From positions 4,154,001 through 4,218,000 of the forward strand of contig OZ361260.1 of NCBI GenBank assembly GCA_977018835.1: a stretch of 64,000 nt of DNA. The letters are read 5' to 3'. Made by a program: the position numbers and the translations under genes. The stretch is from Minutocellus sp. GHC0000111. Taxonomy: Eukaryota. Below, piece after piece: positions 47,482-57,553 of this stretch; position 1 is the stretch's first letter; each line of letters begins with the position of its first letter. Below the pieces are notes generated by a model. That model ran no database searches, was not told the origin of the DNA, and saw only the letters and a program-made list of their open reading frames with translations.

Positions 47482-49104
47482 ATGATGGAGGAGTCCAACG
47501 CTACCCAACCCAAGCAGCACTCTGGCGGTGGCCTTGCTGCTCTCCATAAGTCCGCTCTGAAAAACTTGTCCGGTGGAAGTGGCTTGGGTGGCTTGGTTAG
47601 ACCGGCTTCCTCTAAAAACACAAGCGCTAGTAGATTTACCGCCGCTGACAAAAAAAGAGCACGAACGGCTGAGGAGGAACCATGCTCTTCGAATGGTACA
47701 TGTGCTTCTGATGGCGATGTCGCCTCGTTCCGTCAAGAGCTGGATAGTCTTAAAAGACGCAAGGCTCTATTGGCTGGTGAGGTGGAACAACTGCGAAGTG
47801 GCTGCGTCGGTGCTAGCGAAGGCAACGGAGCATCATCACATGGAAATAACACAACGTGCACCGTGGCCGATGAATTGGAACACGTTCGGTCGCGTGCTCT
47901 TGCCAATGCAAGTCAAACCTCATCGGAAAGTCGCAAATCCTATTCAATTGAGAGTACTCACGATGATAAGTGGTCCGATCGAGAATATTTGCACAAGTAT
48001 GATGACCGTGATGGTGTCGGTCTGATCGTCGGACGAAAGCGCAGTAGGCAGGATGTATTGTCATCTTTAGCAGCTGCTGCAGTCACACCGAGTGCCCTTG
48101 GGGGTGATGCCAACGACGAAATTGATTGTGCCATATCGGAAGCCATTGAGGCAGCCCGGCGGGAAGTCCGTGCCCGCACACTCGCCGAGCATATGCACAC
48201 GGTCCGAACACAACGACGAATTGCTGCAGCGCATCGGCTGGCAGGCGTCTCGGCACTACCACTGGGAGGTAGAACTGACAACGATAACGTCCTGGGGGTG
48301 CGCATCGACGTTTGTAAAGATGGATCTTTTAATGCTCGGTATCATGTCTTTTTTGACATCGTGATGGTTCTCGACAATACGCCGAATAGTTTTTTTGGTG
48401 GAGGTGATGCCTCTGATGGAAATGACAGCAAACAATGCTTCCGCACAGTCTTTCGTCTTGCACAGCACACTTTACCGACGCCTGGGGTATCTCTTAAACC
48501 CATTCTATGCAGACATTTTGGTTCCGATGGCATGTTGCCGGTTGATGAAGATGATGGTGACGCATCTCAAAATAAGGAAGCAATCACGAACACTGTAAGA
48601 CGATGCATTGGCGATCTATCGGATGCCTGCCATTCATTCATCACGAGGCGCGATGCATGCTTATATCTCCAGGGAAAAGAGTCAATGAATAAGCGGCACG
48701 ACGACCCACTCAGTTCTGACAGACAATTCAAGAATGTGGCCTACAATGATTCATTCGACAGAATATCTTTTGACTTGTATTGCTTGCATCCCAGAAGAAG
48801 CACTTTGACCGGAGGAAAGGACGAGCGTGCTAGCTTGGCAGTTCAACTAATTTATGACAACCAAATGACTGCAAGGCCTACATCGATGCGCATCAAAACA
48901 CTGCAATCGCCTTCGGAAAAGAATATTTCTTCAAAGGATGAGGTTGAACAGTCAAACAAAAATGAAGGCGGCGGTGTTGTTGATGCATGTAGCGATGCGG
49001 CAACTTTGCTTATCGAGGAGCTGAAAGAGGCTCTGCTTTCAGATCCGCTTCCGTTTGTCTTTGAGCAACAGTTTGATGGTTTGCTTTCAAAGTGCACTGG
49101 ATGA
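47482..49104 (+). CDS. CENP-O/Mcm21-like kinetochore protein
   Basis: N-terminal coiled coil; HRLAGVSA..LGVRIDV..GSFNARYHVFF..RLAQHTLP matches the CENP-O RWD pattern. Confidence 0.6.
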   Translation: MMEESNATQPKQHSGGGLAALHKSALKNLSGGSGLGGLVRPASSKNTSASRFTAADKKRARTAEEEPCSSNGTCASDGDVASFRQELDSLKRRKALLAGEVEQLRSGCVGASEGNGASSHGNNTTCTVADELEHVRSRALANASQTSSESRKSYSIESTHDDKWSDREYLHKYDDRDGVGLIVGRKRSRQDVLSSLAAAAVTPSALGGDANDEIDCAISEAIEAARREVRARTLAEHMHTVRTQRRIAAAHRLAGVSALPLGGRTDNDNVLGVRIDVCKDGSFNARYHVFFDIVMVLDNTPNSFFGGGDASDGNDSKQCFRTVFRLAQHTLPTPGVSLKPILCRHFGSDGMLPVDEDDGDASQNKEAITNTVRRCIGDLSDACHSFITRRDACLYLQGKESMNKRHDDPLSSDRQFKNVAYNDSFDRISFDLYCLHPRRSTLTGGKDERASLAVQLIYDNQMTARPTSMRIKTLQSPSEKNISSKDEVEQSNKNEGGGVVDACSDAATLLIEELKEALLSDPLPFVFEQQFDGLLSKCTG

Positions 49105-49364
49105 GACGCATCAAGAGGCTTCTCTGCAGTTCCGTTCAAGACTGTTCGAGATGAAATAAATGTGGCGCAAATAATAAATCGAAAATTTTAAAATAGCCCT
49201 CGAATTAAGTTCGTCTACCTGTCTCACAGTAGATGATCGTTACGGGTTTGCCACATACATATCCAAGCTCTTCATGTATCTTCTACATGTATGCGGGTTT
49301 GCATTGCGTAGATTTTATGATTTTGCCCACTAAATATAACCACAATGCTGGGTAAGATTCGAAG

Positions 49365-50012
49365 ATGATTCGCATTCGTTTCTTCCATATTGTGTTGGCT
49401 GTGTTTTTATTCATCTGCCAAGTTCACGCGGAAGAAGATATCGACCGACCACCTTCTGTCACGAAGGTGTGGATCGAAATGTTTGATGAAGCTCTCGAGC
49501 AAGTCGGCAATGATGATGAAGAAGAAGTTGACATACTAATTCGTGAGGCATCACAGTCAGTCGAGGCAGGCAAGCACGATGACAGCACTCGTTATTTGCA
49601 ACAGTTCCTACCCTATTGCGATGGCGTCAAAACGGAAATTCTTTGTACCAACATGAAACCCAACAAGGATTGTGCCACAGAAATTGTGCCGTACAACAGG
49701 AACGGTTGTTATCTGTATCTAAAATATACCATCACAATTACAAACAAAGGAAAAGAAGACGCCAAAATTACTGGGCTAACGCGCCAGCTCAATGGAGAAG
49801 AGAGAGATTTCTCTGGCATGGTAAGCAAAAATTTCGTTCTGAAGCCTCGAATGAGAATAAATATCAGCCGTACCGAATACGTAGATTACTGTGAGGCCCA
49901 CAAGTTTATTGGGGCAGGCGCCGAGGTATTAGCAAATGTCGGTAGTGAGTTAGCGAGGCGCACGTGCGTCGAACATGATGTCTACGTGGTCTCAGGGGAT
50001 ATCAGTGTGTGA
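49365..50012 (+). CDS. Hypothetical secreted Cys-containing protein
   Basis: Signal-peptide-like N-terminus (..CQVHA-EE), beta-rich YTITITNKG segment. Confidence 0.65.
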   Translation: MIRIRFFHIVLAVFLFICQVHAEEDIDRPPSVTKVWIEMFDEALEQVGNDDEEEVDILIREASQSVEAGKHDDSTRYLQQFLPYCDGVKTEILCTNMKPNKDCATEIVPYNRNGCYLYLKYTITITNKGKEDAKITGLTRQLNGEERDFSGMVSKNFVLKPRMRINISRTEYVDYCEAHKFIGAGAEVLANVGSELARRTCVEHDVYVVSGDISV

Positions 50013-50217
50013 ACCATCAGCTGAAGCGCTTACTTTCTAAGAGATACTGATAAAAGATAAAAGTAATACTACGGCAGTGAATCGATCTCTTTCGCTTACA
50101 TCTTTAAATCTATGCACTCGGTGGAAGCAGCACACAAGAATCAATTTGTTCCTTTGTCTTTCACTTATCAAACTTAACACTAACTTTTAGAGAATATTGC
50201 TTCAGCTAACTATTTGA

Positions 50218-52131
50218 CTATCTCGGTTTCCCAGCTTCTTCGGCTGTCTTGCCGAACATGGACTCTTTCTTATTGAAAGATCCATTCTCCTCCAGCTCTT
50301 TCAGATAGCAATCAAATGCTGAGTCTAACTCGGAATCAATGTCCAGCGGATCATAGTCTAATATTTCGTCCGGGAAATATTCCTGGGCCACGATCATACC
50401 GCGACCGCGTTCCTTGGGATCTTCAACGAGAGCGTCGTAGGCGCGAGCAAATCCACGCCGAACGCCGTCAAAGATAGCCTCCCGTCCAGTTTCCAACTTG
50501 GTCACCTCGGGCGAACCTGGCGGAGCAGCGATAGCCATCATATGTGCAGAGGATGTGTCTTTGTAATCCCTAAAGTCATGAGCAGCTTCGTTCAAGGCGA
50601 TGACTTGTTCACTGTAAATTCGTTTGTGCAGATGCTTTCTCATGTAATTGTAGATGTTCGGTAGCTTATTCTTGCGAAGGAAGAATCGTCGAACAATCAG
50701 GCGTTCAAATATGCTGCTCTTCCCTGCCACGTCGGTCCCATCGGGTCGCGTTCGAAGTACGACCACATGCGTCGCACCGTTTTCGATCGCTGTTTTGTAA
50801 GGGAGAGGCTCAAATATCAAGGCATCTGCGAGTGGTTCCAGATTGGGACCATTCATCTTATTACCAAGCTTGAGTTTTCCACCACTGCCTGCACTGACAT
50901 CCAGATTCATTAGTGGACCAGCAATGCCCGGCAACAAGCAGGACGAATGCATGCAATCAGCAAGCTCTTGACGATTTTCGAAGTTGCCCTGCTCCATATC
51001 AAGAACGACGGAGTGCTCTCTCTTCAGGCCAGATGAAACTATTTTCAGCGGCTGAACCTTTTGCATCTCCACAAACTTGTCCCAATTGAGGGGTTTCTTC
51101 TCCTGGGCAGTCTTTTTGAGGAGGAAGGGTAGATTGAGGACTGGTTTCCCATTCTTCCTTCTCACCATCACATCCTTGAGAAGTCTGGGATCGACGAGGC
51201 CAATTCCGATCGATCGAAGCAACCTCTTGGTGTCGATAAACTGCTTTCCTGCTGTCGTGAGACTGTCGTAGTAAATTTAAGGTCCAAACCAAGGGAGCTG
51301 ACGAGTATTGAAGTATGCACCAATCACTGTTCCTGCAGACGACCCATAAATAACATCGAAAGTATCCTCGAGGCCGAGGTAGTGAATTGCCGCCACCATG
51401 CCGGCCGACAAGCACCCTCTCATTCCACCACCTTCTACCACCAGAGCTACCTTGAAACCATCCGGTCGAGATTCCGTAGTTGGGGTAAGCGGTGACTTGT
51501 TCTGGCGACGCTCGTGGAGCAGCTGCAGGACAGGATGGACCTTGTCCGGATGCTCAGGGGAACCAATAATCTGCGTATCACCCCGCACATCCACTGCCGC
51601 TAGTAGAGCATCATAGTCGATATCATCGCCGTCCTTCTTGCGGAATCTGCGCTCCTTGTCGGCCCAGTAATCATTCAGCTCCGAAATCGAATTAATCTCG
51701 TACTTGGGAGCGGCGGGAGGGACATCGTCCACTGATGCAGCCTCGATTGTTTCATCGTCTGGCATTGCCGCAGCAGCACTTGTCCCGTCAGTTGTGCCGA
51801 CACTTTCCTTTGGAAGACGCTTGATTCCAAGCATCTTCATGAATCTTGCTCTCTTGGAAATGCGATCATCGTTCTCGGTCGCTGGGGCAACAGCCGATGC
51901 GGCGAGGCATTGTTGATGGCGAGAATGAGAATTGGTTATGAAGGCATGTGGCACGTCTGACGACTTGAAGTTGCTGAGAGTAATAATTGATGAAGATGGT
52001 TGAGTAAAGCCCAGAACAGAGGCGAAACCGTTCGTAAGCAAGGCAGAGAGGAAGATGGAACCAACACTGATGGAACTTCGTCGTCGTGTTCGTCGTCATT
52101 GTTGAAGTGCAAGTTGCCTCATGTTTGCCAT
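50218..52131 (-). pseudogene. Patatin-like phospholipase with two in-frame stops (TGA 52098-52096, TAA 51279-51277)
   Basis: VEGGGMRG, IYGSSAG, SSCLLP, LADAL; a single frame runs from ATG 52131 to TAG 50218 through both stops. Confidence 0.85.
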
Positions 52132-52627
52132 GAGTGTGGTGTTAGTTGTGCGTGTTGCTTTTTTGTGCGCTCGACCTGGCAGCTGAGACAGAGTGGAAAA
52201 CCAAGGACGACGCCTGCTTGACAAAATGGTCCGCGTTCAATGCTGAGCCGTGCGCTGCCTGTGATTCTAGTCAAGCTCTTTCTCGGCAGCCAGCAGATGC
52301 ATTTGTGGAGAAGGTGCCGGTCTCGGCCGTCTCGGCCTCTTCTCGGCCTCTTCTCGGCGACGCGACAACGCGTGCTTATCGATATCGCTTCCGATTTCGC
52401 GCGTCATCGCATTGGCTGGAACGTGCCTACCAATGACCTTTTAGTGAAAATGAGGAAAATTGCTGCTTTGCGCGCACCGCCGCGCCCGCCATCGCCACTC
52501 GGCCACTCAACACCCGACCGCCCGATCTTGTCGTATCATCTTGTTGTCTCGGCCAGGATCACACCACATACTGTCAGCCAGTAGTCGAGGCGGGTGGAAG
52601 GATCTCGGGTCGTGACATCCCTCAAAG

Positions 52628-53888
52628 ATGGCAACAACAAAGGAGCAAAGGCCTGGAACTCGTAGTGATGGCGGTTCCACCACCACCAGCCTGTTCCGAT
52701 TGGAGAACCTGCCTCAAGAGGCGCGCAACTTGGTAGCGGGTGGCCTAGCTGGGATGGTGGCGAAGAGTTTCGTGGCACCGATTGATCGCATCAAAATCAT
52801 GTACCAAATTACGTCGGCTCATTTTCGCATACGTGACGTGCCCGACGTGGCGCTTAAAATTATCAAGGAGGAGGGCTTTACTGCCTTGTGGAAGGGCAAT
52901 ACTGCAACACTCATACGGGTGTTCCCCTACAGTGGCATACAATTTATGGTATTTGATCGAGTAAAGACGCATTTTCTAACCAAGGACGAGGGCAACGAAG
53001 CCAAGCAGCACTGGTTATTGGCCGATCAGGACACACCCCGACGATCCATGACCAAACGAGCCACGAGGTCGGGAGATCTCACGCCATTTGAAAGCTTGAT
53101 ATCCGGCATGACAGCTGGGGCGGTGTCGGTGATGGCAACATATCCACTTGATCTCACCCGAGCACAGCTGGCTGTTCTGAAGAAGAAAAAGAAGGACAAG
53201 TCGGGGAGCTTTGTTTCGGTACTCACCAGAAACTATACTGAAGGGGTAGGGAGATATTCAGTGTGTCTTTTAATTTTTTCCTTGGTTGGCGATTTGACCT
53301 CCGTTGCTTGCGTGGTCAATATCTCTTTTGTTTTCAATATGCATTTGTCCTCACCGTGTATGTTTGTGTGCATTACTCTCAACGTCACAGGGAATGAAAG
53401 GTTTGTATCGAGGGATCGCACCAACTCTCTTGGGCATTCTGCCTTATTCAGGCGTGGCATTTACGATAAATGAGCAAGCCAAGAAGCAGATTGCCCAAGT
53501 GACCGGGAGAGAACCGACGACGATTGAACGAATGCAGTGTGGCGCCCTTGCTGGATTTGTTGCTCAGAGTATGACATATCCTCTGGAGGTGACGCGAAGA
53601 CGGATGCAAACAATTGGTATTGTTCGTGCGGCTGGTACTGATGCGGCTGTCAATGTACTGGGAGGTACCATCCGAACATCCAAGGCCCATCGGGTGGCGC
53701 AAACATTGGAGAAGGATCCAACGATGTTGGCAACACTTACTCATGTCCTGCGCGAGCAAGGACTCCGTGGCCTGTTCAAGGGTGTGAGTATGAATTGGGT
53801 GAAAGGGCCGGTCGCCTTTAGCATTAGTTTCACAACTTTCGATATCATCAAAAAGAAGCTAACACCAGATCCTGCGCCTAGTCAATGA
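52628..53888 (+). CDS. Mitochondrial carrier, CoA-transporter (SLC25A42/Leu5)-like; intron 53246-53390
   Basis: Three PxD/ExxK/R motifs (APIDRIK, YPLDLTR, YPLEVTR), LWKGN.A..IRVFPYSGIQF. Confidence 0.9.
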
Positions 53889-54176
53889 TTGCGATGACCA
53901 GATCGAACCATGCTATTCATAAAGCGTATGTTGTAAAATAGATCCGTTGCAGTTGCTATCAATTATGCTTTGCAGTGACCAAAGTTTCCCTAGCGCGCCT
54001 GAAGGCAATCCCTCCTTTCAAGCGAAGGGCATACTCATCCAAACAAATAGATAAGACCACTCGACGCAAACGCTACTACAACTATTCACATTGTTTCTTT
54101 TTTGTTTTCACAATTTAAAGAATATTACATTATTCCCAACTGCCTTATTTACTATATAAACTCGAGAAGAAAGAGC

Positions 54177-54617
54177 TTAGCAGGAGAGGATGCAGGCGCC
54201 GCCGGCCTCCTTGATTTTCTTCTCAGCGAGCTTGGAGAAGTACTTTGCCTTGACGATGACGGGGACGTCGATCTGTCCGTTTCCGAGAAGCTTGAAGTAA
54301 CCGAGGTCGACGAGGTCGATGACGGGGGCCTTGCCGCCTCCGTTCTTGGCGGCCTCGTAGACACCCTCGCCGGCGGCGTTGAAGATCTTGTCAATGTTGA
54401 TGGTGGGGCAGAAGCTGCGGTTCTTCAGGACGTGGAACTGGCGCATACCGACCTTACCGAAGTAACCAGGATGGTACTTGTCCATGAGGATTCGGTGGTG
54501 GTGCTGACCACCGGCGTTACCGCGACCACCGGGATGCTTGCGGTGCTTGCCGATACGGCCGTGTCCCATCTGGACGTGACCGCGCTTCTTGCGGGACTTG
54601 TGCAAACGAGTGGGCAT
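54177..54617 (-). CDS. RPL27A: 60S ribosomal protein L27a (uL15)
   Basis: [47 protein letters not shown]. Confidence 0.97.
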   Translation of the reverse strand: MPTRLHKSRKKRGHVQMGHGRIGKHRKHPGGRGNAGGQHHHRILMDKYHPGYFGKVGMRQFHVLKNRSFCPTINIDKIFNAAGEGVYEAAKNGGGKAPVIDLVDLGYFKLLGNGQIDVPVIVKAKYFSKLAEKKIKEAGGACILSC

Positions 54618-55399
54618 GGTGAGATATGAAAATTAAAAACAGGTGCCTGTGTTGATTGGATATTGATAAGAAGCGAAGAATTGTGTGAGAGGCATGTGTT
54701 TCGGTGGAAAGTATTATTGAAAAGTAGTATCCTCCATCATCTGCAACGGCAGTGCAGCAAGCAGCGGGAGAAGGGACCACTCTACCTCATGCGCTATCTC
54801 CGCAAACGACTGCGCTCGCGACGCCCGACGACACCACGGTAGCAACAGGTGAGGCAGCCTGCAGCAGCCACTCGCTGGTTCATCGCACCCACACCAAGTA
54901 GCGAGCCAGCAGTGGGAGTTCTATCTCCCTGGTCTATTAGTTCATCCCTGTTGAGGACGGTGCTCATAACCCGATGAACGTCGGCCACCCTCCATCGACC
55001 AAACACTGTCGCCGTCGACCTAGCCATTCACAAAGCATGCCCTCTGTGCAGCCATGTGCCGTCGCAACGCATTCATCGTCCATTCCCTTCCGTCATTCTC
55101 CGACCTTGATCCGTCGCTGATCAACGCATGGGGTAGCAATCGACACACCTTCTCGAGTTCAAGAAGTGACCATGATGGAGGAGGGTGTTACTGGTTACTG
55201 GGTTATGAGCTCTTTACTTTCTAGTGGCTGACAATCACAACTAGTGCCTGTATTAATTGAATTGACTGACTCGACTCGACTTGGTGCATGGGAGGCGACG
55301 GAAAGACAAGAGCTGGAAAAATGAGCACAAGACGTACCTACTAGCTGAGCAGAATGCCAAAAGGTACCCGGAAACGGCTGATTTTCGGCTGATCGCGTT

Positions 55400-56069
55400 T
55401 TGAACGCCACGAAAATACCGGCAATCGACGTATCTCGACTGGCCGATCATGCCGATGTATCGCAAGCCATACTTTGCAAATGTCATTCTCGCTTTTCAAT
55501 CTTGGAATCGGGATTTGTTTGGACAGATGGATGTTGACAGGGGTTTGGTTCCTCCGAGTAGTGCCTGCTCCACTTTTTGAGCCATGGGCAAGCAACGCAC
55601 GGGCAGGAAGGCGAGGACCAAATATCCATTGAAGATGTATTTAAACCAGATCGACGCTTGGTACGACGTTGTGTTCTGGACGATGCATCACATTGCTGTG
55701 TTGAAGAAGTCCCGAAGGTACGACCCAACAAAGCCAATTTGGACGATGGATTCTAGTAAGTATCAAAAGATTCTGAAGAAGGTGTTCAAGTGGGTTGCCA
55801 ATGCATACAATGATGATCGATTTCTGTAAATGTCCAGCCATTCCATTCGACGTTCTGCCGCTCGATGGGCCCGTAGGTGTGGAGCTAGCGACAGGATTCT
55901 GCTCGAGGTGGGCCGGTGGAAGGATTGGAACCAGCTCAAAACTTATCTAGGAGAGGGAGAAGATGATATTGAGTTGGACGAGGATGGCAAGGACCCGGTC
56001 CTGAAGTTTTGGGTGTTCAAGACGGAGGCGACCAAGGCTTGGCAGGAGGGGAGGGGAGGGCCGGCGTAG
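55400..56069 (+). mobile_element. Tyrosine recombinase pseudogene (Crypton/DIRS/Tec-type catalytic C-half)
   Basis: SSHSIRRSAA..GRW..KTYL (HxxR, W, Y); in-frame TGA at 55578-80 and TAA at 55827-29; 5' part missing or scrambled. Confidence 0.75.
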
Positions 56070-56198
56070 ATCTACATAAGTAGATCTACTTATATTTTTT
56101 AGATCCAGACTTATGCATTGTACATGTACAATATATTTGTAGCAAAGAATGCCGCTAGTACATGCATACATAATTTGTTATTATTATTTATTTTGGAT

Positions 56199-57212
56199 CT
56201 ATGCGTCTGCCGATAGACCGTCTTCGTAAAGGGAGAGGCACATTTCAAAATACGACAGTTGGCCGCCTCGAGTAAACTTTTCCTCACCACCATATTTATC
56301 CTTTGCATGTGCCCTGCCTACTTTTTTAATATTGTCAAGACTGTCTTTGCCACCGGGGATACGAAGATCATTTTTGGCCACATAGTACTGCAGAAGCCGA
56401 GAATTGAAAGTAGTGTCCTTCGAAAACTTGCTTTTGTCCCAGCGTCTCATAGGAGAGTACACCTGCTCCGTTTCCTCGCAGACAACCTTTTCCTCAAAAT
56501 ACTCAATATATTTTGCTCTGTTGCTTCCGCCACCCTCTTTTCTAATTTTTGGAACATATCCATTGGGCTGCCACAGAGCTGCCGGTGGTTCCTGCTCATG
56601 CAGAGGCGGCGGTTCCGGATCCTCTGCCACTGGCGCTGCAGTACCGGTAGTAGCGGCCGCGGCCGCAGGAAGGTCCCCCACCGGAGGGACAGATGCAGAG
56701 GGGTCATTGTAGCACAGCCCCTCAGTGAATTCATGGTAGTTCTTTTGGCGGAGCTCCTCAGCTTGCGCTGCGGTCTTGGCGTAGATGAGCCGGACCGGAT
56801 TGCTCGGGTCAAAGAATGCGAACCAGCCCAGTACTGGGCCCTCGTTGGTGCCACCACCTGAATCGGACGGATCACGGAGGAGGTGTTTCGGGATGCGCTT
56901 CAGCGCATCCTCCCGATAGTCTTCCATCTTGGACGTTCCGTGCCGGTCGCGAAGGTTGTTGACGTCCTTTACCATTGCATCGACGTCAAAGGTATTATTT
57001 TTCTTCTTCTTGCTCCCGCTCAAAGAGAACTCGACGTCCGGGACGGCTCGCTCGAGACACTTTACGACGGCGTCCGTGTCACGAAGGATGTTGGCGCGAA
57101 TGGGACGGGCGTGCTGACGCACGTTGCGGTTGCCAACATGCGCGGATCGTCGAGGAGAAGAGGACATCGGGTGCCTACAAGTAGCGACTATTGTGTTGTG
57201 CTCTTTTTGCAT
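56199..57212 (-). CDS. Orphan ORF convergent with the tyrosine recombinase relic
   Basis: Intact 337-codon frame with no recognised domain. Confidence 0.55.
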   Translation of the reverse strand: MQKEHNTIVATCRHPMSSSPRRSAHVGNRNVRQHARPIRANILRDTDAVVKCLERAVPDVEFSLSGSKKKKNNTFDVDAMVKDVNNLRDRHGTSKMEDYREDALKRIPKHLLRDPSDSGGGTNEGPVLGWFAFFDPSNPVRLIYAKTAAQAEELRQKNYHEFTEGLCYNDPSASVPPVGDLPAAAAATTGTAAPVAEDPEPPPLHEQEPPAALWQPNGYVPKIRKEGGGSNRAKYIEYFEEKVVCEETEQVYSPMRRWDKSKFSKDTTFNSRLLQYYVAKNDLRIPGGKDSLDNIKKVGRAHAKDKYGGEEKFTRGGQLSYFEMCLSLYEDGLSADA

Positions 57213-57330
57213 TTTATGGAGCTCGCGCGTACGCGTGCGGGTTGCAGACGCGGGATTGACGGTGTCGATTTCAATCAGCCGATCCTTGGGTCATGGGTGC
57301 CGTTTCGCTTGCTTCGCCCGCGTTGTCGGT

Positions 57331-57376
57331 CGGCTGATTAATCAGCTGATTTTTTCAGAAATCAGCTGATTTCGGC
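57331..57376. repeat. Overlapping palindromes built on ATCAGCTGAT
   Basis: GCTGATTAATCAGC, AATCAGCTGATT (57340-51), AAATCAGCTGATTT (57359-72). Confidence 0.8.
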
Positions 57377-57553
57377 TTTCTGGCCAGGTAGTTTGCTTTT
57401 TTTCAGCGTGGTGGTGGGCGTACAAGCTAGGTAGACGTGTTGCTCGTTTTTGAGAAGAAGATACGCTGCACTTTACTGAGCGTTGGTTTAGTACGGAGGT
57501 CTCGCAACTCGAAACCCAACAACCAACTACTAGCTAGCTACTACCAAAATATC

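Noticed and set aside
3199..52098. Stop-codon reassignment as the explanation for the in-frame stops
   Set aside because: All three stop types occur internally, and all three also terminate intact genes in this window
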